Positions 1 through 8,542 of a stretch of DNA of 38,512 nt are shown piece after piece. Below the pieces are notes generated by a model that was not told the DNA's origin, made no database searches, and saw only the letters and a list, made by a program, of their open reading frames with translations. Numbering within the stretch: position 1 is the stretch's first letter; every line of letters starts with the position of its first letter. The position numbers were made by a program, and so were the translations under genes. Source of the stretch: Victivallales bacterium Lenti_02. Its GTDB lineage: Bacteria > Verrucomicrobiota > Lentisphaeria > Oligosphaerales > Lenti-02. The stretch is from assembly GCA_001603055.1 (NCBI GenBank), contig LVAZ01000131.1, positions 1-38,512 of the forward strand, given 5' to 3'.

Positions 1-22
1 CCCCCGCCCGCCGTAGGGCGTC

Positions 23-190
23 TTACTTGCGCCAGATAGTGAGGTCTGGTGCCCCGGCCTGGCACCCCACGATGCGCTCTACGACGCCTTTGCCGCCGCC
101 CTGTTCTTCGCCCATCTCCTCGGCCAGCCAGGCTGGCGCAACGCCACAGTCGCGGATTTGGCCGGGGTCCGGTGAGGGCAGGGCGGTCAT
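23..190 (-). CDS. small hypothetical protein (55 aa), apparently translationally coupled to the upstream serine hydrolase
   Basis: The ATG at 190-188 overlaps the hydrolase stop at 189-187 (ATGA overlap; TCAT on the + strand). My hand count gives 43 of 55 codons ending in G/C, like the neighbouring real genes. No family recognised. Confidence 0.35.
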   Translation of the reverse strand: MTALPSPDPGQIRDCGVAPAWLAEEMGEEQGGGKGVVERIVGCQAGAPDLTIWRK

Positions 191-1212
191 CCCCTGTTCC
201 GGATCATCCAATCTGCTATCTTTGAACGGAACTTCTTGGACGCGAGATAATTGTCGGATTTTATCGGCCGGTGGGAGCGATTGGTCAGAACTATCGTGCA
301 GAACCCCTGTTCGGGGTCGATCCAGACGGATTGACCGCTCCAGCCGCTGTGGCCGATGGCGGACGGGGAGGCGAGGGCAGGGCGGCAGGGCGTTTCCTCC
401 TGTCTGCGCATATCCCAGCCAAAGCTCCGGTTGGCCAATCCCGGCGGACTGCATGGCCGCAGCAGCCAGGCCAGCGCCCGTTCCCCGAGAATCCGCCGGT
501 CGCCGCACCAGCCGTTGTTCAGGATCATCCGGCAGAACCGCCAGAGGTTCTCGGCGGTGGCAAACAGGCCCGCGTTGCCGATGGGGCGGTTGGCATGCCG
601 CGCCTGCTCGTCGGAGATAATGCCCGGAGGCACACTGGTCGGCACCACTCGCGCACCGACCTGGCGCAACGGGCCGAACGACGTATCCGTCATGCCCAGC
701 GGGCCGAACAGGCGGCGCTGGCAGAATGCGCCCAGACCTTCGCCCGTCACCCGTTCGACCAGCAACCCCAGCACCACGTAGTTCCGGCAGGAATACTCGA
801 AGCGTTCGCCCGGCGCCCATTGGGCGGGGGTGGTCAACATGGCCGCCAGCATGGCCCCAGGGTCGAGCTTGTCGAATTTCCGGTTGTCGAATCCCGAGCT
901 ATGGGTGGCCAGGTGGTGGACCCGGGGCGGCACGCCGCCGAAGGTGCCGAGTTCCGGCAGATAGTCCGTCGCCGGCGCGGCGGGATCGATGAGCCCCTCG
1001 TCGATGCAGATGCCGCAGGCGGAAGCCGTGGCCACCGCTTTGGTCACGCTGGCCAGGTCGAAGATGGCGTCGGCACGCATCGGAATCCGCTCCGGGGCAA
1101 CGGCCGCATCGCCCATCGCCACCAGAACGGGCAGGGAATCCGCCGTCCCCAGCGCCGCCACAACACCATGCAGCAAACCCTCCGCCACCGCCTGCCGAAA
1201 TTCACTCTCCAT
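187..1212 (-). CDS. beta-lactamase-fold serine hydrolase (class C beta-lactamase / esterase-like)
   Basis: 341-aa ORF. It has a Ser-x-x-Lys nucleophile motif in 'FDLASVTKAV' and a C-terminal 'GHSGWSGQSVWIDPE...LTN' block typical of this fold. It is a paralogue of the gene at 14710-15768. Confidence 0.85.
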   Translation of the reverse strand: MESEFRQAVAEGLLHGVVAALGTADSLPVLVAMGDAAVAPERIPMRADAIFDLASVTKAVATASACGICIDEGLIDPAAPATDYLPELGTFGGVPPRVHHLATHSSGFDNRKFDKLDPGAMLAAMLTTPAQWAPGERFEYSCRNYVVLGLLVERVTGEGLGAFCQRRLFGPLGMTDTSFGPLRQVGARVVPTSVPPGIISDEQARHANRPIGNAGLFATAENLWRFCRMILNNGWCGDRRILGERALAWLLRPCSPPGLANRSFGWDMRRQEETPCRPALASPSAIGHSGWSGQSVWIDPEQGFCTIVLTNRSHRPIKSDNYLASKKFRSKIADWMIRNRG

Positions 1213-1216
1213 TGCC
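1181..1216. repeat. 36-bp direct repeat, copy L (contains the true hydrolase start codon and its first codons)
   Basis: tccgccaccgcctgccgaaattcactctccattgcc matches 1347-1382 at 34 of 36 positions. Confidence 0.9.
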
Positions 1217-1349
1217 TTAACTCTTAACTCTTAACTCTTAACTCTTAACTCTTAACTCCGAACTCCGAACTCCGAACTCCGAACTCCGAACTCCGAACTC
1301 CGAACTCTGAACTCTGAACTCCGAACTCCGAACTCCGAACTCTGAGTCC
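1217..1349. repeat. heptanucleotide tandem array (TTAACTC)6(CGAACTC)7(TGAACTC)2(CGAACTC)3 plus one degenerate unit
   Basis: Counted directly: 18 clean 7-bp units span 1217-1342, then TGAGTCC. The array lies in the divergent intergenic region between the hydrolase (ATG 1212) and glycerate kinase (GTG 1480). Confidence 0.97.
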
Positions 1350-1382
1350 GCCACCGCCTGCCGAAATGCGCTCTCCATTGCC
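1347..1382. repeat. 36-bp direct repeat, copy R (pseudo start region of the hydrolase gene)
   Basis: tccgccaccgcctgccgaaatgcgctctccattgcc matches 1181-1216 at 34 of 36 positions. It retains an ATG on the - strand at 1378-1376. Confidence 0.9.
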
Positions 1383-1479
1383 TCATCGTCCTTGGTTTGA
1401 ACGGAAAAGAGGAAACCGGGTAGAAAATGCGGGGAGAACGGGCAAAGTCAAGGGCAGTGCGACTATCAGGAGGCCCCCG

Positions 1480-2610
1480 GTGAAAATCGTTCTCGCCCCG
1501 GACTCGTTCAAAGGCAACATGCGCAGCCCCGCCGTGTGCGCGGCTCTGGCCAAGGGCATCCGGCAGGTGCTGCCGGCGGCCACCATTCTCAGCGTGCCCA
1601 TGGCCGACGGCGGGGAGGGGACGACCGAAAGCGTGGCCGCCGCCACCGGGGTGCCGTTGCAGCATGTCCCGGCCACCGGCCCTCTCGGCCAACCGGTCCA
1701 AGCCGCCTTCGCTCTGCTTCCCGACGGCACCGCCGTCGCCGAAATGGCTTCCGCCAGCGGCCTGGAACTGCTTCGTTGCGACGAACTCAACCCACTGAAA
1801 ACAAGCACATTCGGAACCGGAGAACTGATTGCAGCCATGCTGAATGCGGGAGCCCGGCGGATCATCCTTGGGATTGGTGGCAGCGCGACCGTCGACGGTG
1901 GCGCGGGCATGGCCCAGGCCCTCGGCTTCCGCCTGCGCGATGCCGCCGGAAACGACCTGCCGCCCGGTGCGGAACACCTGTCCCGGCTGGCCACCATCGG
2001 TTCGGATACCATCCACCCCCGGCTGCGCGACTGCGCCATTCTGGTCGCCTGCGACGTGACCAATCCCTTGCTTGGTCCCCAAGGGGCGGTCGCGGTCTTC
2101 GCGCCCCAGAAGGGTGCCACGCCCGCCATGTTGCCGGTTCTGGAGGCGAATCTGGCCCGTCTGGCCACCGTTTGGAAGAAAACGGGAATGCTGGCGAGTG
2201 TGGCGGAGCCGGGCGACGGTGCTGCCGGGGGGCTGGGCACCGGATTGCGCGCGTTCTGCGGCGCGAAACTGGTTTCGGGGGCCCGGCTCGTCGCCGACGC
2301 CGTGGGCCTGAATCAAGCCCTGGAGGGTGCCCAACTGGTCGTCACCGGGGAGGGTTGCAGCGACGCCTCCACCAGCTTCGGAAAACTGCCTGCTGTCGTT
2401 GCGGAACTAGCTGCCGAAAAGGGAATTCCGACGATTCTGCTGCCCGGCGGTCTACGCGGGGACACCAAGGGTCTGGAACAGGTCTTTGCCGGGGTTTTCC
2501 CCATTTGCGGCGGTCCCATGTCCCTCGAAGATGCTTTTGCCCAAGCCCCGGCAAACCTGGAACGCACCATCCGCAATGTCCTGAGTCTCTGGCTTGCCGC
2601 CAGACGGTAA
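1480..2610 (+). CDS. glycerate kinase
   Basis: Family-typical blocks are present: 'KIVLAPDSFKG', 'MADGGEGT', 'GIGGSATVDGGAGMAQALG' and 'VVTGEG'. I placed the start at GTG 1480, 6 nt after AGGAGG (1468-1473). The ORF-track start at 1366 would add 38 non-conserved residues. Confidence 0.9.
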   Translation: MKIVLAPDSFKGNMRSPAVCAALAKGIRQVLPAATILSVPMADGGEGTTESVAAATGVPLQHVPATGPLGQPVQAAFALLPDGTAVAEMASASGLELLRCDELNPLKTSTFGTGELIAAMLNAGARRIILGIGGSATVDGGAGMAQALGFRLRDAAGNDLPPGAEHLSRLATIGSDTIHPRLRDCAILVACDVTNPLLGPQGAVAVFAPQKGATPAMLPVLEANLARLATVWKKTGMLASVAEPGDGAAGGLGTGLRAFCGAKLVSGARLVADAVGLNQALEGAQLVVTGEGCSDASTSFGKLPAVVAELAAEKGIPTILLPGGLRGDTKGLEQVFAGVFPICGGPMSLEDAFAQAPANLERTIRNVLSLWLAARR

Positions 2611-2642
2611 TACCGCTTGTCGCACGATTCCCACCTTTTCCA

Positions 2643-2679
2643 CCCGCCTGTCGACGAAGGCGACAGGCGGGCGGTTTTT
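2643..2679 (+). terminator. rho-independent terminator after glycerate kinase
   Basis: An 11-bp perfect stem pairs cccgcctgtcg (2643-2653) with cgacaggcggg (2661-2671) around a 7-nt loop. A ttttt tract follows at 2675-2679. Confidence 0.75.
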
Positions 2680-3058
2680 CTCCGCAACCCCGAAAAATTC
2701 GGTTGCCGGAGCCAACTGTCCCCGCCTGCCTGCGGCCCGACGGACTCCAAACGGGGAAAACCCGTTCAACAACCCCATAGTTTCCGCACAGGTTGTTGAC
2801 AGGGGCCACGGCTAGAAGTCGTATCATCATGCAAAATAGCATGTTAACTACTTCTTTTCGCGTCCGCTCCGCATCCTCCTGTTATACTTAACACATATTA
2901 TGCGACGCTAAAAGCGGGTGGTTTCGGGGGCGTTGAGAGCGGTTTTTTCCTCTCGCCTGGCCTTGTCTCCCACGGGGTTGTGGAATTGGGCTGATTCGCA
3001 AATTCGGCGTGTTTCGCTATCGTACGGTTTTGCTGAACCGCTTACGAATGTGTGGCCC

Positions 3059-3457
3059 ATGCCGACTGTTGGCGAATCCTTTTCTTGCACCCGCTGCGGG
3101 CGCGAATCCGTTGCCAAGACGAAACGGGTTCTCGACGGCTGGACAGTGGTTCGCGAATGTCTGGTGTGCGCCTTCTGCGGGGCCGAGATACCAGAACCCG
3201 AGAACATCGGCACCGACACGGCGAAAAAGGACAAGCAGGGAGCGCTGGCGAGTCTGCTGGGCGAAGCCCCGACCCGCCTGCCGACGCTGGAGAATGATAC
3301 GGAGAATCGGTTCTGCAAGGATTGTCGGCATTTCCTCCGGCATCCTTTCCTCAGTCGTTGCCTGCTGCACAATCGAGCCACCGAACCGATGGACGATTGT
3401 GCGGATTTCACTCCGCGAGCCAACCCCGAAAACCCTGGAGATAACCATGCGCAATAG
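3059..3457 (+). CDS. small Cys-rich (zinc-ribbon-like) hypothetical protein
   Basis: 132 aa. There are two Cys clusters: 'CTRCG...x19...CAFCG' (CxxC-CxxC) and 'CKDCRHF...C...C'. The start is uncertain (ATG 3059 or in-frame GTG 3050) and there is no clear SD. The 3' end overlaps the next gene by 11 nt. Confidence 0.5.
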   Translation: MPTVGESFSCTRCGRESVAKTKRVLDGWTVVRECLVCAFCGAEIPEPENIGTDTAKKDKQGALASLLGEAPTRLPTLENDTENRFCKDCRHFLRHPFLSRCLLHNRATEPMDDCADFTPRANPENPGDNHAQ

Positions 3458-4271
3458 TTTCATCTGCAATGCGTTGCTGCTTTCTTCCATGCTTCTTTCC
3501 GGGGGTTGCGGCACGCTGTCCTCCCCCCCTGCCCCGCCGCCGCCGGAGATTCGATTCACGGCGGCGAACCGGCCGACATTCGCGGTGGCTTACCATCCTT
3601 ACGGTGCCTCGTTGCCGCGCCATCTGGCGGCCCCGGTTCCGAACTACACCAACTGGACCAATGAGCGCATGGCCAGGGATTTGAAGCGGTTTCAGGAGGT
3701 CGGTTTTAACGAGGTTCTGGTCTGCCTGACGACCGATCAAGTCAACGATGCGCCCGTGCTGGACCGGGTGTTTCAGTTCCTGACGGAGGCGGATCGGCAG
3801 GGCGGTCCGAAAATGGTCATGCTTGTGGGGCCGGGGGAAAGCCCCATGAATCGGGAACTTCTTGCCCGGCGCCTGCTTGCCGCCCGCATCCAGGCCAGCA
3901 AACTGACGGTGCAGGAGGGTGGCCGGCCGGTGGTTTACCTGCGTCCCGGCGTCAATGTGGTCGGGGAGGCCCACCCTGCCCTGCTGTTCCAAGTCATCCC
4001 CAAGGACGAATGGCACTGGCCGGTGTCCGGCACGGTGTCCGGCCGGGAGTTCCAGCGGGAGAACGGGAATATCCTGCGCCGCAGCCTGTGGGAAGGATAC
4101 GGCAAGAAGCGGCGCTATATCGTCCTCACCTGGAACGACTTCTCGACAGGTAACTTCATCGAGCCGAACAGCCACGACGGGAACCTGGCCATGAACATCG
4201 TCCAGGCCGAGATCAGCCGGATCGAGGCCATGGTCCTGGCTGTGCCGAACACCCCGCCGCTGGCGGACTAG
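3447..4271 (+). CDS. lipoprotein, function unknown (possible GH99/WbsX-like glycan-active fold)
   Basis: ATG 3447 follows GGAG (3437-3440). The signal peptide carries the lipobox 'LLSGGC'. The C-terminal 'IVLTWNDFSTGNFIEPNS' resembles the 'WNEW.EG..IEP' block of GH99/WbsX-like proteins, but the similarity is weak. Confidence 0.6.
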   Translation: MRNSFICNALLLSSMLLSGGCGTLSSPPAPPPPEIRFTAANRPTFAVAYHPYGASLPRHLAAPVPNYTNWTNERMARDLKRFQEVGFNEVLVCLTTDQVNDAPVLDRVFQFLTEADRQGGPKMVMLVGPGESPMNRELLARRLLAARIQASKLTVQEGGRPVVYLRPGVNVVGEAHPALLFQVIPKDEWHWPVSGTVSGREFQRENGNILRRSLWEGYGKKRRYIVLTWNDFSTGNFIEPNSHDGNLAMNIVQAEISRIEAMVLAVPNTPPLAD

Positions 4272-6961
4272 GGGTTGTTGAGCGCCTGATGGAGTTCCAG
4301 GGCCAGGTCGATGACCCGGGCGCGGAACCGGTCCAGCTCGGCGGTGGCCACTTGGTCGTCTCCCCGACAGGTCCAAGGTAGGCTTTCGACCAGCGTTTCG
4401 GCCTTGGTTTCGGCTTGTTTGGCCAGTTCGACCACCCTCGCCTGCCCGCTGGCCTGGCCCTGTCGGATGAATGCATGCAGGGTGTGGAGATGGCGGTAGT
4501 CGTCCACGCCCTCGCGCAGCCCCTCCCATTGGAGGGTGGGAACCAGAGCCTTGCCGTCGGGGGTATGATAGGCCATGCAGGCGTCCTTGCCTTCGCGCAT
4601 GCCGACGCCGTCGAAATCGTCGTAGGGGTCGCGCTTGGGGCGGAGGAAGGTCCAGCTCCAGCAACCGGTGGCCCCGGTGCGCCAGAAATGGACACCGCCC
4701 ATGAAGCGGTTCACCAGGGTGTTGCCGTCCTGGATGAGCTTTCGATTGGTGTAGCAACCGGTGCCGTACCACCAGAAGACATCCTGGCTGGCCAGGGTTT
4801 CCTCGCGCAGGAGGCGGGTCGCCTCGGGGGTTTCCATGGACAGGAAACCGATGTTGTTGTAGCAGCGATAGTCGAGATAGGGGTCCAGTTCCTCGCGCAC
4901 CGCCTTGCCGTAGCAGGTGTTGAAGGTCTTGAACCCCGCCTCCTTGATGACGGCGAGGGTGCGGACGGCCTCGGCGAGGGTGGGACCGCTGTGGGGTTCG
5001 TCCACGGAATGGAGGGCGAACTCCGGCCACTGGTCCGCCACGCTCTCCTGCTTGAGCAGGGCGAGCATCTGCCGGTACGCGCCCCAGAACTCGGCCTCGT
5101 GCTGATCCCGGCGGAAGCCGGTCAGACGGGTGATGAATCCCTCGCTGCTCTGGATGGACATGACCATGGGTCCGCCCAGGCCGGCTTCCCGGTAGAGACG
5201 CAGATAGGTGCGGAAGCGGCTGAAATCCGCCGCCATCTTCCCGTCCTGCCAGGTCCATTGGGCCACGGCCAGAGGATAGAGCATCAGGGCATTCATGCCG
5301 TGATGGCGGAAATCGGCCAGCTCGGCGGCGATCTGGGCCTCGTCGAATGCCGCCCACCGGGCGGAGTCCGGATACAGCCCCCAGACGATTCCCGGCGGGG
5401 TTTCGAGCCGGTAGGGCAGCACCTCGACAGTCAGGGTCAGAGCCCGGGAACGCTGGTCCCCCGACTGCACCTCGACCGGGGCCGAATAGACCCCGGCGGG
5501 CAGGTCTTCGGGCACCTGCACGATGACGGCGTACTGCTGGGCGCGGCCTTGGCGGAGATCGGTCGCCTCCCGCAGTTCGAGCAGTTCGGGGATGATATGG
5601 AAGGTGGAGGAGTTCCAGTCGGTGAGCTGGGGCCAGCAGCGCACCGTGCGCAACTCCCCGGCGATGCCCGTCCCGTTGCCAAAGGAACCAATGCGCACGC
5701 TGGCACCCGCCAAGTCGCGCAGGGGATAGAGGGCGAAATAGACCGTTTCGAACTCGCCGGGGGCGACCCGGACCGTCCATTCGTGGGTCAACTCCTCCTC
5801 GCGGGGGCGGCTGTTGGGACGGATGTCGCCGGGTTCGGCGCGGCGGAAGACCTGATACCCCGCCTGGAGGTCGGCCCAGCTCGGCTCGGCGGCGGGATGG
5901 ATTTCGACATGCTCGATTTCCGTGAAGCGTTTCCCATGGGCGACAGCCAGTTTGGCCGAGGCCTTGGCAACCTCCCGGTTTTCCCCGTCGAGCAGTCGGC
6001 CGACGATTTCGGCATGAATCAATCCCTCGCGCTCGACCACGGTGGAAATGCGTCCGGATGGATTGTCTAGAGTCCGCTCCGCGAGAATGGTTCCTTCGCC
6101 GACCTCGCGCACGAGAAATTCGAGGCGTTTCCCCGCCAGTTCCCCGGCGGCGACATTCAGCCGTAAACCGAACTCGGCCCCAGCCGGGACGGGCTGGGCA
6201 AAGGCGGTGAGCATGGGCAGCAGCAGACGGGCGGGGTCTTCGGCCACGTCAGGGACCAGGTCGCCATCCAGGACAAGGCTGGCGTCCTCGAAGGTGAATC
6301 CGGGCAGTTCGCTCAGTTCGATGGACCAGGCTTGACCTGCGGCTTCGGACGGAACCTCCAGCGCAATCTTGCCCTCCTGTTCCTGGGAATTGCCGGCGGC
6401 CAGAATCCGACCATCCGCCGCGCGAATGGTGAAAGCGGCCTGTTCGACGCCCTGGCCGCGCACCGTGGCCCGGATTTCCCTGGCCCCGACGGGAACCCAG
6501 AAGTGAAGCCGGGGCACCTGGTAGATGATCTTGAGCGGGAAGGACTCGCTGGCGGTGTAGGAGAGATTGCGCAGGGGGCTGCGCACCGAGTAGGCGTTGA
6601 GCTTCGCGTCGACGGTCAGCGCATAGACCCCGGGCTTGGCGTCGGCCAGGGAGATGTCCGCCGCTTCCCCCATCGGCACCACCCCGCTTTGCAGCACCGT
6701 GCCGGCCGCGTCGGCCAGGGTCCATTCGGCGGGATTGTCGTAGCGTCCGACCTTGTGGCAGCGGACCGAGAAGGTCAGGGTTTCCCCCGCGCCCACGCCG
6801 ATCTGCACGGTCTGGCGGCCGCGCAGACGGGTTTCCTGCCCCTCCGGGACCTGGGAGAAGGTTCCCCCCACGGGACGGATGTAGCCGTCCTCGATGGCGG
6901 GTTGCGCCTGACTCGCCGAAAAACCGAGCAATCCGGCCAGGAGGACGAAGCGGAGTTTCAT
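4268..6961 (-). CDS. large secreted protein with a C-terminal glycoside-hydrolase-like (DUF4091/GH123-like) region
   Basis: I placed the start at ATG 6961, giving the signal peptide 'MKLRFVLLAGLLGFSASQAQP'. The protein is 897 aa. The C-terminal half looks like a TIM barrel ('HGMNALMLYP', 'HSVDEPHSG', 'WWYGTG', 'CWSWTF'). The family assignment comes from memory of these families, not from a search. Confidence 0.6.
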   Translation of the reverse strand: MKLRFVLLAGLLGFSASQAQPAIEDGYIRPVGGTFSQVPEGQETRLRGRQTVQIGVGAGETLTFSVRCHKVGRYDNPAEWTLADAAGTVLQSGVVPMGEAADISLADAKPGVYALTVDAKLNAYSVRSPLRNLSYTASESFPLKIIYQVPRLHFWVPVGAREIRATVRGQGVEQAAFTIRAADGRILAAGNSQEQEGKIALEVPSEAAGQAWSIELSELPGFTFEDASLVLDGDLVPDVAEDPARLLLPMLTAFAQPVPAGAEFGLRLNVAAGELAGKRLEFLVREVGEGTILAERTLDNPSGRISTVVEREGLIHAEIVGRLLDGENREVAKASAKLAVAHGKRFTEIEHVEIHPAAEPSWADLQAGYQVFRRAEPGDIRPNSRPREEELTHEWTVRVAPGEFETVYFALYPLRDLAGASVRIGSFGNGTGIAGELRTVRCWPQLTDWNSSTFHIIPELLELREATDLRQGRAQQYAVIVQVPEDLPAGVYSAPVEVQSGDQRSRALTLTVEVLPYRLETPPGIVWGLYPDSARWAAFDEAQIAAELADFRHHGMNALMLYPLAVAQWTWQDGKMAADFSRFRTYLRLYREAGLGGPMVMSIQSSEGFITRLTGFRRDQHEAEFWGAYRQMLALLKQESVADQWPEFALHSVDEPHSGPTLAEAVRTLAVIKEAGFKTFNTCYGKAVREELDPYLDYRCYNNIGFLSMETPEATRLLREETLASQDVFWWYGTGCYTNRKLIQDGNTLVNRFMGGVHFWRTGATGCWSWTFLRPKRDPYDDFDGVGMREGKDACMAYHTPDGKALVPTLQWEGLREGVDDYRHLHTLHAFIRQGQASGQARVVELAKQAETKAETLVESLPWTCRGDDQVATAELDRFRARVIDLALELHQALNNP

Positions 6962-6972
6962 GGGGATTCCCT

Positions 6973-8541
6973 CTACTTGGTGGTGCGGGTTTCCAGAAAA
7001 CGTTCCCAAAGGTCCAGCCGGATATACAGGGCGAGCAGAACCCCCTGCTCCGGGCGCAATCCGTAGTATTCGCTCATATAGCCTTCGCCCAGGATGTTGC
7101 GAATATCGTCCTCGAATTCGGGAGTGGCAACGAGCAGGGGCGGCGGCTCGGGGAACTCGGGAAGGTCGGCGGGATGCAGCCAGTAGCCCACCTGCGGATA
7201 GCGGCGGAGGTACCAGGGCAGCGGCCAGGCGTCCTCGACCGGGGTGACGACGGGGAGGAACACCCCCCTGCCCTGCTCCGCCACGGCGGCGATATCCTCG
7301 ATGCGCTGGACCAGTTTGAGGAAATCGGGAACCGTATGGACATAGACGTAGGGATTGCGCTCGTCCGCCCGGAAGCGGCCGTTGACGAGGCGGCACTGTC
7401 CCCAGGTGAACCAGAGCGCGCCTGCGCCGAGCAGCAGGGCCAGCCCGGCACTCCAGCGCCGCCGTCCCAGGCGCCGGATGCCCTCGATTCCCAGCCCGGC
7501 CAGCAGAGTGAGCCCATGCAGCGAGGTGAGAATGCACCAGGGGGTCTTGTAGGAGATCAGGGAGTAGCCGACGGTGAGAATCGCCACATAGAGCGCGAGG
7601 AACCGGGCGAATCCCGCGCTCCGGTCCCGGCGGAGAAAGGCGGAAACTGCACCCACGCCGGCCAAAACCAGAATCGCCAGTTCGGGCCGGAACAGGATTC
7701 CCCCCTGCCGCTGCCAGGCCATGAGCCGGAGATAATACCAGAACGAGGGCTGGATGTGTCGTCCTTCGCTCCCCGCGCGTCCCAGGTAGACCGCATAGGT
7801 CAGAATCGAGTCCAGCGGTCCCCGCCCATGCCGGAAAAACGAGGAAAACAGCACCACGGACACCGCCGTCGCCGTCGCCGCGAAGACGAGCGCATGCCGC
7901 CAGGAAAGACGGCGGCAGACCCGCCGCAGGCGCTCAGGGGTGCGAATCTGGATGAGGGCGGCCAAGCCCATCGCTCCCCAGGCGAGGACGCAGGTTTCCT
8001 TGGTGGTGTGCATCAGTCCGACGGCAACCCCGGCCAGAATCGCCCAGTGCAGGTGGCGGGTGCGCCAGTAGCGCCGCCCCGCCACCAGCAGCCCGAAGGT
8101 GAAACAGACCAGCAGCGTCTCCTGGATGTAGAATCGGGAATAGAAGGCCAAACCCGGAGAAACGGCGGCGAATGCCACCGCCCATACCGTGGCGAAGTGG
8201 CCCAGTTCCCGGCGCAGACCAAGGGTCAGCAGCAGGGTGAGCAAACCGAACACCACCGGCAGCAGCCGGTAGGTGGTTTCCGTCGTCTCCGCAAACTGCC
8301 TTTGTCCCGAGAGGCGGGCGATGGGCAGGGTGAAGTAGTAGAGGGTCGGCCCGTGGTGTTCGTGGGGATCGTACTCATAGCTGCCCTGGTCCAGCAGCAA
8401 CCCCGCCCGCACGGCCTGGTTGGCCTCGTCGTGGTGCATGGGGCGGGCATCAAGGTCACGCACCCGCCAGCCGGTCGCGGCCAGCGCCACCAGCAGGATG
8501 GCGAGAACCGTCGACCAGCGTTGCGCGGCTGCGGAGAGCAT
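6973..8541 (-). CDS. GT-C fold integral membrane glycosyltransferase-like protein (PMT_2/ArnT-like, TIGR03663-like)
   Basis: 522 aa with many predicted TM helices. The first-loop motif 'RPMHHDEANQA' and the 'GPTLYY' block are typical of TIGR03663/GT39-like proteins. ATG 8541 lies 1 nt after the sulfatase stop. The stop is 11 nt upstream of the next gene's ATG. Confidence 0.75.
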   Translation of the reverse strand: MLSAAAQRWSTVLAILLVALAATGWRVRDLDARPMHHDEANQAVRAGLLLDQGSYEYDPHEHHGPTLYYFTLPIARLSGQRQFAETTETTYRLLPVVFGLLTLLLTLGLRRELGHFATVWAVAFAAVSPGLAFYSRFYIQETLLVCFTFGLLVAGRRYWRTRHLHWAILAGVAVGLMHTTKETCVLAWGAMGLAALIQIRTPERLRRVCRRLSWRHALVFAATATAVSVVLFSSFFRHGRGPLDSILTYAVYLGRAGSEGRHIQPSFWYYLRLMAWQRQGGILFRPELAILVLAGVGAVSAFLRRDRSAGFARFLALYVAILTVGYSLISYKTPWCILTSLHGLTLLAGLGIEGIRRLGRRRWSAGLALLLGAGALWFTWGQCRLVNGRFRADERNPYVYVHTVPDFLKLVQRIEDIAAVAEQGRGVFLPVVTPVEDAWPLPWYLRRYPQVGYWLHPADLPEFPEPPPLLVATPEFEDDIRNILGEGYMSEYYGLRPEQGVLLALYIRLDLWERFLETRTTK

Positions 8542-8542
8542 G

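Noticed and set aside
1217-1349. Possible CRISPR array (also considered for 10387-10567 and 30780-30869)
   Set aside because: The repeat periods are 7-10 bp with no unique spacers, or a single 112-bp duplication. No cas genes are present. These are simple tandem or palindromic repeats.
1366-1479. 38-codon N-terminal extension of glycerate kinase, starting inside the duplicated hydrolase start region
   Set aside because: Glycerate kinases start at the conserved 'K-I-V-[IL]-APDSFKG' block. GTG 1480 has an AGGAGG 6 nt upstream. The extension is Arg-rich and not conserved-looking.
1252-2334. 360-aa - strand ORF ending in the heptad peptide repeat 'SSEFGVRSSEFGVRS'
   Set aside because: The peptide repeat is simply the heptanucleotide array read in frame (3 x 7 nt = 7 aa). 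The rest of the ORF is antisense to glycerate kinase.
2611-3058. tRNA, tmRNA or riboswitch in the longer intergenic regions (also 13113-13299, 21799-21954, 26798-26934, 27673-27822)
   Set aside because: By inspection I could not find a cloverleaf-compatible sequence, a tmRNA tag-reading-frame or pseudoknot pattern, or a recognisable riboswitch core. A covariance-model scan is needed for a definitive answer.
3408-5780. 790-aa ORF on the - strand, plus several 400-550-aa ORFs between 1383 and 6070 (for example 1536-2780 +, 4415-6070 +)
   Set aside because: These are off-frame or antisense shadows of the genes called here. The translations are dominated by Arg/Pro/Gly/Ala runs with no recognisable motifs, as expected for open frames in GC-rich DNA.
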